Below are positions 1-6,120 of a DNA stretch of 32,000 bases, piece after piece. Source of the stretch: an uncultured Nitrososphaerota archaeon (GTDB taxonomy: Archaea; Korarchaeota; Korarchaeia; Korarchaeales; Korarchaeaceae); assembly GCA_964480775.1 (NCBI GenBank), contig CAYZRF010000010.1:1-32000 (forward strand). Direction: 5' to 3'. Made by a program: the position numbers and the translations under genes. The notes beneath the pieces were generated by a model, which was not told the origin of the DNA, did not search any database, and saw only the letters and a program-made list of their open reading frames with translations. Within the stretch, counting starts at the first letter, position 1. The number at the start of each line of letters is the position of its first letter.

Positions 1-222
1 TGATGGGCTTGATCTGGGTGAGTTGGCAAAGAAGGCTGATGCCAGAGGAGCTGCTTATCTGATATGGGAGCTCAGATTCGCTGGGTTTAGGGAAGAGGTT
101 AAGGAATTTGTTGATGGGCTTGATCTGGGTGAGTTGGCAAAGAAGGCTGATGCCAGAGGAGCTGCTGATCTGATACGGGCGCTTAGATTGAATGAGTTTA
201 GGGAAGAGGTTAAGGAATTTGT
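1..222. repeat. Tandem direct repeat, 2 x 111 bp (1-111 and 112-222), with the start of a third degenerate unit at 223.
   Basis: Manual alignment gives 8 mismatches in 111 nt, all between unit positions 56 and 84. The flanks are identical. Confidence 0.9.
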
Positions 223-271
223 TGATGAGCTTAGAAATTGCCAAATCGAACTTCCTCGCCTTCCAAGTTAA
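2..271 (+). CDS. C-terminal fragment of a repeat protein (37-aa tandem repeats, helical-repeat-like). The 5' end lies outside the window.
   Basis: The frame is open from the window edge to TAA at 269-271. The repeat unit DGLDLGELAKKADARGAA-LI--LR---FREEVKEFV occurs twice. Confidence 0.45.
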   Translation, partial: DGLDLGELAKKADARGAAYLIWELRFAGFREEVKEFVDGLDLGELAKKADARGAADLIRALRLNEFREEVKEFVDELRNCQIELPRLPS

Positions 272-410
272 CTAGATTCATCAGATACGTACCTGAACTA
301 AATCTTCGTGAAACTGTGATTTTACGACAAGATAGACTTACAAATTTATATACTTTCGCAAACTTTTCTAATATGGCTCCCCTCACCATTGGTCTTCACC
401 AATTGACTTT

Positions 411-462
411 GGGGGGCTCAGGGGCAGGGGGGGTTGGGCTTAGTTTTCCCTGGCCCCTGCCC
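411..462 (+). other. G-rich element: four G-runs (G6, G4, G7, G3) with G-quadruplex potential, overlapping a 9-bp GC hairpin.
   Basis: The sequence ggggggctcaggggcagggggggttggg spans 411-438. GGGCAGGGG at 422-430 pairs with CCCCTGCCC at 454-462, leaving a 23-nt loop. It sits in an otherwise AT-rich non-coding stretch. Confidence 0.5.
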
Positions 463-535
463 TATCATAACCCCCATCATGATTGCTGCCTATACTTTTT
501 AAGAATTTCTGCCATACAGAAAATAGGGGTTTGGC

Positions 536-679
536 ATGTCTGAATGGGTAAGCATGAAGATCAAGAGAGATGTTTATCAGAGATTGCTTAACCTAAAGGC
601 TGATTTGAGCAAGAAAAAAGGCAGGGTTGTCGATTTCTCTGAGGCAATGGCTTATGCTCTTGAAAAAGTTGGCTATTGA
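536..679 (+). CDS. Small ribbon-helix-helix-like DNA-binding protein (47 aa; below the ORF-track cutoff).
   Basis: Hand translation: MSEWVSMKIKRDVYQRLLNLKADLSKKKGRVVDFSEAMAYALEKVGY*. It shows a beta-alpha-alpha pattern typical of CopG/Arc-like proteins. An alternative start is the ATG at 554. Confidence 0.45.
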   Translation: MSEWVSMKIKRDVYQRLLNLKADLSKKKGRVVDFSEAMAYALEKVGY

Positions 680-709
680 CAAATTGACAATAATATATTA
701 GAATATGGC

Positions 710-1705
710 TCATGACAATTTGGCAGATTTGAGCCTGTAAACCCCTGGCTTAACCCTCTCAATAAGCCCTGCTTCAATCAGCTTGTTTATTTTTCGATAA
801 ACAGATCTCTGGCTCAATTTAACAGATTTACAGATCTGTTTAATCGTTAGTTTGCCCCCATCGTTTTGGGCAATCTGGCAGAGATGTTCATAGAATGGAT
901 CCTTTTTGTAATGCTCTTCATGCCCCCAGGATGCAAAGCTTTTGCTGATTCGATCTGTCCAAAAGCTTGGCAAGGAGTTCTTGCATTTTATAATCGCAAA
1001 TCTCCTAAGGAGCCATGTAAAATAAGATTGGGTATAATATTGCAGGTATTTGCTATATTTGGCCAGCAAATACTTGAAGTAATCATCCTTCCAGGTTACG
1101 AAATACTTTGGACGTTCTGATTTTGGCAAGTTCGCAAAGAATAGCAAGGCATAATTAACAAAATCGCTAAAGGCATCATGTTCAAGGTGCATTTGCAGGG
1201 CTGCTGGCTCCTTTAGGAAGATGTAATCAGCTTGGGATCTGATCAATTTATCTATAAGGGCACCTGCCTGGGTTATGAAGATCAAGGACAGGCCTTTATG
1301 CCTGCTTATGGCAATGATGTTTGCAGCCTGAACGTTGATGTTACGCATTGCCCTGCGTGCATGAAACGTTAATTCAGCCTCATCTATTACTGCAAAGGAT
1401 CCATTTGGGATTTTAGTTATGTCTCTGGCAGTTTTGAATGGGGTATTTTCCAGGTTTGTCCATACATCCCTGGCAAAGAATCCCTTAGCAAGTTCTCCAA
1501 GCCTTAAACCTAAAGCAGTCTTTCCAGCCCCCCTTTTTCCAACGATTACAACAGTTTTAGAGCCTTCAAAGATGTCCCTAAAGAAATACATCCAATCAAA
1601 TTCATCCAGGATAAGGCCATATCTCCTTATGGCAGCTTCATCCTCAACAAGCTTAGGAGAAAAAAGCTTAGGAGAAAAAACAGGGGCAGGGATAGCCATT
1701 TTCAT
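710..1705 (-). CDS. P-loop NTPase (Zot/pI-like morphogenesis ATPase motifs) fused to a C-terminal winged helix-turn-helix.
   Basis: Walker A GKRGAGKT (nt 1517-1540). Walker B FAVIDEAE (nt 1373-1396). SRHKGLSLIFITQ resembles the Zot-family HRH-G-D--ITQ motif. The C-terminus LTIKQICKSVKLSQRSVYRKINKLIEAGLIERVKPGVYRL is wHTH-like. ATGA overlap with the upstream gene. Confidence 0.8.
   Translation of the reverse strand: MKMAIPAPVFSPKLFSPKLVEDEAAIRRYGLILDEFDWMYFFRDIFEGSKTVVIVGKRGAGKTALGLRLGELAKGFFARDVWTNLENTPFKTARDITKIPNGSFAVIDEAELTFHARRAMRNINVQAANIIAISRHKGLSLIFITQAGALIDKLIRSQADYIFLKEPAALQMHLEHDAFSDFVNYALLFFANLPKSERPKYFVTWKDDYFKYLLAKYSKYLQYYTQSYFTWLLRRFAIIKCKNSLPSFWTDRISKSFASWGHEEHYKKDPFYEHLCQIAQNDGGKLTIKQICKSVKLSQRSVYRKINKLIEAGLIERVKPGVYRLKSAKLS
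1651..1680. repeat. Perfect 15-nt tandem duplication (gcttaggagaaaaaa x2) inside the NTPase N-terminus.
   Basis: Read directly from the sequence. It encodes FSPKL-FSPKL on the minus strand. Confidence 0.9.
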
Positions 1706-1896
1706 CTACGCTTTTTCCTTGCCTGGCTTATTATCCTTGCTCCTTGCTGTCCTGGGAATTTCTGCCAGAATATCTTGCCTGCTGTCCTGCGTGCAATTTC
1801 TCTTGCTTGATCTGGGGGATAACCCTTTTTCAGGTAGAAACGATAGATCTTGTTTTCAATGTCCTTGAATCTAACGCCCTTTTTCCCAACGTCCAT
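1702..1896 (-). CDS. Small basic protein (64 aa), paralog of the adjacent 65-aa protein.
   Basis: Shared pattern I-----FY--KG--P-QA--IA---A-K-F--KF plus an Arg/Lys tail (ARKKRR). Stop/start overlaps occur on both sides. Confidence 0.6.
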   Translation of the reverse strand: MDVGKKGVRFKDIENKIYRFYLKKGYPPDQAREIARRTAGKIFWQKFPGQQGARIISQARKKRR

Positions 1897-2093
1897 TAAG
1901 ATCGCCTCTTACGCCATTTGAAAAAACGCCTTGCATTATCTGGCCCAAACTTCCTGAAAATGACCTTTGCTGCTGCCCCCTCTGCAATTTTCTCTGCCTG
2001 CTGAGGATCCATGCCCTTAGATATGTAAAACTGCTTGATGTTCTCTTTTATGGTGTTATAATAGCCCTCTGCTTTTTCAGGATCAAAGCTCAT
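1896..2093 (-). CDS. Small basic protein (65 aa), paralog of 1702..1896.
   Basis: Same motif pattern, with tail KWRKRRS. TAATG overlap with the downstream paralog and ATGA overlap with the upstream micro-ORF. Confidence 0.6.
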   Translation of the reverse strand: MSFDPEKAEGYYNTIKENIKQFYISKGMDPQQAEKIAEGAAAKVIFRKFGPDNARRFFKWRKRRS

Positions 2094-2200
2094 TTTCTTT
2101 GCCTCTTGCTCGCTTTTAGCATCTCTCTAAGCTCTTCAATTTCTCTTTTGTTTGATGCCCATGCCAGGATGATTATGATGATGACCAGGATATGCCCCAT
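2090..2200 (-). CDS. Micro-ORF, 36 aa: a single-pass TM segment plus a basic tail.
   Basis: Hand translation: MGHILVIIIIILAWASNKREIEELREMLKASKRQRK*. Its ATG overlaps the stop of the upstream gene by 1 nt, and its TGA overlaps the ATG of the downstream gene. Confidence 0.4.
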   Translation of the reverse strand: MGHILVIIIIILAWASNKREIEELREMLKASKRQRK

Positions 2201-2799
2201 CATCTTAATCTGCCCTCTTGTTCCATTTTTCTAAGGAATTCCTGGATATCAGCTTCTCCAATCCTTATTGGGCTTGGAACAGCCTTCATCTCCTCAGTTA
2301 TCTGATAGGGCACAGTAAGCCTTGTTAATCGTCTCATTAGCTCTGGCGTTTCATCAAGGACAAGAGCAAGCTTCTCTGCAAGCTGCTTATTCTCAAGCAA
2401 TCCAAGCATGTCCTGGATGTCATAAAGCAGGAAGATCCAGCCCAGAAATGAGGGTTTTGTAAGGTAAAGGACATAATTGGGGTTTGCATCAACTATCTTA
2501 AGGCCTGCTGATTCTAAGACCGTTACGGTTCCAAATGCCCTGATCAAAGGCATTGGGATCTGAATATGCACAGAATAGCTTTGCAGGAATTCACGCTTTG
2601 GAGTTAAGTTTATGCCCTCAACTTCAAGCCCTTTAAGCCCAAGCCATGCAAGATCAACGGTAATGGGCATTACTGAATCAAGCTGGAAGTTATACCATAT
2701 TCCATTGGTAAAGACTAACGAAATAGTTTGCCCTGGCCTGAAGATTGAGCGTTTTGCATCTCTTAGGGCAGCCCTGATTAACTCTTGAAGCTGCCCCAT
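2200..2799 (-). CDS. Hypothetical soluble protein. 199 aa from the ATG at 2799; the ORF track extends it to 2853.
   Basis: Long ORF. The ATG at 2799-2797 overlaps the TAA of the upstream gene by 1 nt (TAATG), the same coupling pattern used elsewhere in this operon. Confidence 0.65.
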   Translation of the reverse strand: MGQLQELIRAALRDAKRSIFRPGQTISLVFTNGIWYNFQLDSVMPITVDLAWLGLKGLEVEGINLTPKREFLQSYSVHIQIPMPLIRAFGTVTVLESAGLKIVDANPNYVLYLTKPSFLGWIFLLYDIQDMLGLLENKQLAEKLALVLDETPELMRRLTRLTVPYQITEEMKAVPSPIRIGEADIQEFLRKMEQEGRLR

Positions 2800-3743
2800 T
2801 ACCTTAGCCCTGGCATGCTCATAGGTGTCGCTTGCTTCTGTTTCCATTTCCATAGGATTATCACCAATCCCAGGATGCAGGGCACAGCAATGCCAGCAGA
2901 AATAAGCAGGATCCTCTTGCGTTTGGCAGCCTGCTGCATTGCTATAAGCTGCAACAAGGCCTGCTGTTTCTCTTGTTCGCTTGTGGAAGGATCCAATATT
3001 ACCATTAGGATGCCCATCTGTGGATTTTCTTGCATTAGCTGCATCATGACAGGGTTCTGCATCATGCTGCTGCTTGATTTCTCAAGCTTGTTGATCTTCT
3101 GCATTATTTCGTTTAGGTAATTTTCAACAATCGCATCCTCTGTCTCCCTCTTTATCAGTTCTTTGTTTGCATCAACGATTTTCTGAGCTATCTGCTGGGC
3201 TTGTTCCTTTGAAATGCCCCCAGAAGTGTCTATTTTGCTTATTTCCTGCTGGATTATCTGCGTTATCTCCTGCCTGATTTCATCTTCAATTTCCTGTTTT
3301 ATCTGATCCTTTAAGGCTGCAATATCCTGGCTGTTATCTGAAACCTGGCCTTGTTGGTTCTGATCCTGTTGTGCATTAACTGTTGATGGATCTGCAATTT
3401 TTACATCATCCGTTGTTTCCAGCCTTATGATGCAATAAGATGCCTTAATTTCCGTGAAATAGAGGGTAAAGCTTACATCTTCAATTGAGTATTGCAGAAA
3501 TGAGCCCTCATTAACTTCATAGGCATTTGCTGTTGGATAGATTTGGTTAAAGACCGCTGTCTTATTTTCTCCAGGATAAACAATAAAATCAAGGCTGCGT
3601 TTGCCATTTACTAATATAGTGTATGTCTTTTCGTATGAAATTGCATAGATCTGTTGATTTGCAACTTCTCGCAAGTTACTCGCGAGTACTTGCGAACTAA
3701 TCGCGAGAATCAAAAAAATAAAGGAGAGGGTTGTTTTTTGCAT
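2799..3743 (-). CDS. Secreted, C-terminally membrane-anchored coiled-coil protein.
   Basis: N-terminal signal peptide MQKTTLSFIFLILAISSQVLA. Beta-rich N-terminal domain. Q/E/I-rich helical region, including 3 x 24-nt periodic QEI----- units at 3241-3312. C-terminal TM segment ILLISAGIAVPCILGLVIILW. Confidence 0.75.
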   Translation of the reverse strand: MQKTTLSFIFLILAISSQVLASNLREVANQQIYAISYEKTYTILVNGKRSLDFIVYPGENKTAVFNQIYPTANAYEVNEGSFLQYSIEDVSFTLYFTEIKASYCIIRLETTDDVKIADPSTVNAQQDQNQQGQVSDNSQDIAALKDQIKQEIEDEIRQEITQIIQQEISKIDTSGGISKEQAQQIAQKIVDANKELIKRETEDAIVENYLNEIMQKINKLEKSSSSMMQNPVMMQLMQENPQMGILMVILDPSTSEQEKQQALLQLIAMQQAAKRKRILLISAGIAVPCILGLVIILWKWKQKQATPMSMPGLR

Positions 3744-3750
3744 GTTTGCA

Positions 3751-4059
3751 TCACCAAGGTATTAATTCAGCTAATGGATTTCCTAAGTTGAAGATTCCAT
3801 AGATTATTCCTAGGAGCGCGAAGAAAGTTATGAAGTAAATGATGAAGAAGTCCGTTTGATCGCGAAAGATCTTGAAATCTCCTATTATCCAGTCTAAGAA
3901 CAATGAAATAGGTATTGCTGCGACCGCTGCGATTATAAAGCTTTCAGTTAGGCCAAATTGCGATAGAACGGTCGTGCTAAATTGTATAGCGATTCCTACG
4001 ATGCTGCCAAATAAAATGACTGCGATTGTTGCTATTACCGTCTTAATTCTAGGTTTCAA
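3751..4059 (-). CDS. Small hydrophobic protein with 3 predicted TM segments (102 aa from the TTG at 4059).
   Basis: Hydrophobic segments TVIATIAVILFGSIVGIAIQF, FIIAAVAAIPISLFLDWII and FFIIYFITFFALLGIIYGIF. The TTG at 4059 overlaps the upstream stop as TTGA, and GGTGA lies 7 nt upstream. The ORF track starts at another TTG at 4092. Confidence 0.65.
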   Translation of the reverse strand: MKPRIKTVIATIAVILFGSIVGIAIQFSTTVLSQFGLTESFIIAAVAAIPISLFLDWIIGDFKIFRDQTDFFIIYFITFFALLGIIYGIFNLGNPLAELIPW

Positions 4060-6107
4060 ATCAAGCTCACCCCCCCTAATATGTACGTACAAACGATTAT
4101 TATCAAGCCAAGAGCTAGTAGGCCGCTACCTAGCTTTCTAAGTTCTTTCGTTTTTGTTAGAGATCCAAGAACCAACATAACGAATCCTAAGACTGCTAAG
4201 GCAATTCCTAGCCAATAGAAGGAGCCAGAACCCATGCCAGATTCTAGCCATGCAAGCAGCGCAGCGAAAGATGCGCCAGATTCTCCTTGAAATAGTTCTG
4301 CTTGTGTTTCATATTGTGTCGCTTTTTGTTCGTAATCTTCCGCTTTCTCTATATGACTTTCTGGTTTTCCTTGTAAGAACCAATCGAAATAACCAGAAAC
4401 ATCGGGATCGTATGCGCTCGCTGCTTTAATTCTTTCTTCAGCGCTCGCTAACCATTGATTTGCTGCCATTTCATACATCATGCGCTCGCTAGTACTGTTT
4501 GCTGCTTCGGCCTTTTCCATCGCTTCCTTTGCTTTTTGTAGATCGTACTGCGCTAATTTCAATTGGGCCATTGCTTTGGGATCATCTACGTCTGCCATCG
4601 TCTTATTTAGCAGTTCTTCCCATTTCTGCCAAAATGCGCTATTTGCTGAAGGAGTTCCTAATGTACCGTTTCCAGATGTTGTTTCTACGTTCCATTCGCT
4701 AGGATAGATGAGAATAGGATATGTCAAATAGGCATCTATGGGATCGCCAAAATGCAGCGTTATATCGCTTGCTGTTATGCTAGAAACGTCTTCAGGTATA
4801 AAGTCGCTAGAAACGTCTTTATATGATGTCGTTAACGTCACAGATTTTGATGCTGGATCAAACGATCCATCTCTGCTAGAAAATTCTATTTTCAAGCTAA
4901 CGTCCTTATTTGCTTTAATTGAAAACGTTACTGTCTTCTTTTTGCCGCCTTCAAAAGCGTTAGTCGTCTTTTGTATTATCCAAAGTTTGTAGTCACCAGA
5001 TTGAATAAACCAAGTCGCATTAGTCATTTTAGCTGTTTGTGTTTCGACGTAGATGCCGCGCCAATACGTTTTCAAATCTCCCCAAGGATCTGGATCGCAG
5101 AATCCACAGGCATGTCCAAATTCATGTAATAGCTCATCTAACATCCCAGCGTTTATTATAAAGCCATGCATGCAATATAGAGCGCCTGCGCCTGCAGGAA
5201 ATGGCGGAGTTGGTACTCCGTTCCATACTGTTAGCTCTTCCCTTTGCGGCAGCTTGTTATATAGCTGATTTGGAGTTGCGTTTTCTAGTTCTGTCCAGTT
5301 TAAGTCTGGTTCTGAGTGAACGGAATACTGAGAAATGTAACAGATGCCGCCAGATGCTTCCGCTATCGTTTTGTTAAATTCTTCGACTACGCTGCTTGGA
5401 ACTCCATAGAATACTGCAGTAAATGGTTTCTTTGGATCAATATATCCATCTCCGCATCCTTCTGCAATGTCCCATGAGCCTGCAATGTCCCCGTGCTCAA
5501 AGTATGACATTGCAATGTTATCAAGGTCCAAGTGCAACGTGAACGTAACGCTTGTAGGCTGAACCTGGACAGTTCCATAGATTGATGATGATATGTTGAT
5601 TGGTTCCTTTGGAAACGTTACGTTGAACGTTAGATGCACCTCATGGACATCCGTTAGGTTTTCCCAAAGCCAATTGATTAAGCTGAGATCAGTTTTGAAC
5701 CTAAATGTGCTTTCCTCGCCCAAGTACCAAAAACCCAAGCCGCTGAAATAATAACCTTCGATTATTGGATCCCAGGGGGCTGAATAGCTGCCTGAAGTTC
5801 CATCAGACCTTGTGTAGTCAAAAACAGGATTATCCTTGTAATAGCAATGCGGTTTTATCTCTATCCATCTGCTGTTCCCCTTAGCTGTTATTTTAGTTAC
5901 GCATCTGGCGTTAATAGTGATTTTATTACGCACATCCCATGCTGCGGCATTGCTGGGCTCTGCTGTTATGTTCCAATAAACCGTTTGCCCATCAAGTTCT
6001 GTTTCTTTTACTGTTAGTTTGACATGGCCATAGGTAAGCCCCAGAACATTAAAGGCCGCGATTCCAAGCATTAGAATTAAAAAAACGGTTATGACTGCCT
6101 TTTTCAT
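4056..6107 (-). CDS. Large secreted, membrane-anchored protein with a metzincin-type zinc-binding motif and a helical stalk.
   Basis: Signal peptide MKKAVITVFLILMLGIAAF. HEFGHACGFCD (nt 5094-5126) matches HExxHxxGxxD. About 11 N-x-S/T sequons by my count. A/E/K/Q-rich helical region of about 150 aa, then two C-terminal TM segments. AGGTGA lies 7 nt upstream of the ATG. Confidence 0.8.
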   Translation of the reverse strand: MKKAVITVFLILMLGIAAFNVLGLTYGHVKLTVKETELDGQTVYWNITAEPSNAAAWDVRNKITINARCVTKITAKGNSRWIEIKPHCYYKDNPVFDYTRSDGTSGSYSAPWDPIIEGYYFSGLGFWYLGEESTFRFKTDLSLINWLWENLTDVHEVHLTFNVTFPKEPINISSSIYGTVQVQPTSVTFTLHLDLDNIAMSYFEHGDIAGSWDIAEGCGDGYIDPKKPFTAVFYGVPSSVVEEFNKTIAEASGGICYISQYSVHSEPDLNWTELENATPNQLYNKLPQREELTVWNGVPTPPFPAGAGALYCMHGFIINAGMLDELLHEFGHACGFCDPDPWGDLKTYWRGIYVETQTAKMTNATWFIQSGDYKLWIIQKTTNAFEGGKKKTVTFSIKANKDVSLKIEFSSRDGSFDPASKSVTLTTSYKDVSSDFIPEDVSSITASDITLHFGDPIDAYLTYPILIYPSEWNVETTSGNGTLGTPSANSAFWQKWEELLNKTMADVDDPKAMAQLKLAQYDLQKAKEAMEKAEAANSTSERMMYEMAANQWLASAEERIKAASAYDPDVSGYFDWFLQGKPESHIEKAEDYEQKATQYETQAELFQGESGASFAALLAWLESGMGSGSFYWLGIALAVLGFVMLVLGSLTKTKELRKLGSGLLALGLIIIVCTYILGGVSLI

Positions 6108-6120
6108 CTTGCGATCACCT

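Noticed and set aside
238-543. 101-aa plus-strand ORF spanning the G-rich intergenic stretch.
   Set aside because: The translation is low-complexity and odd (GGSGAGGVGLSFPWPLPYHNPHH) and is driven by the G-run/hairpin element. There is no SD site or motif, so it is more likely non-coding.
866-1868. Plus-strand ORFs 866-1120 and 1419-1868, antisense to the NTPase and small-protein genes.
   Set aside because: Antisense shadows of well-supported minus-strand genes, with low-complexity or hydrophobic translations.
2785-5578. ORFs 2785-3120, 3872-4141, 4480-4707, 4499-4702, 4738-4992 and 5053-5268 (+), and 5387-5578 (-, out of frame).
   Set aside because: All lie inside, antisense to, or out of frame with the long surface-protein genes, whose signal peptide, domain and TM architecture is coherent.
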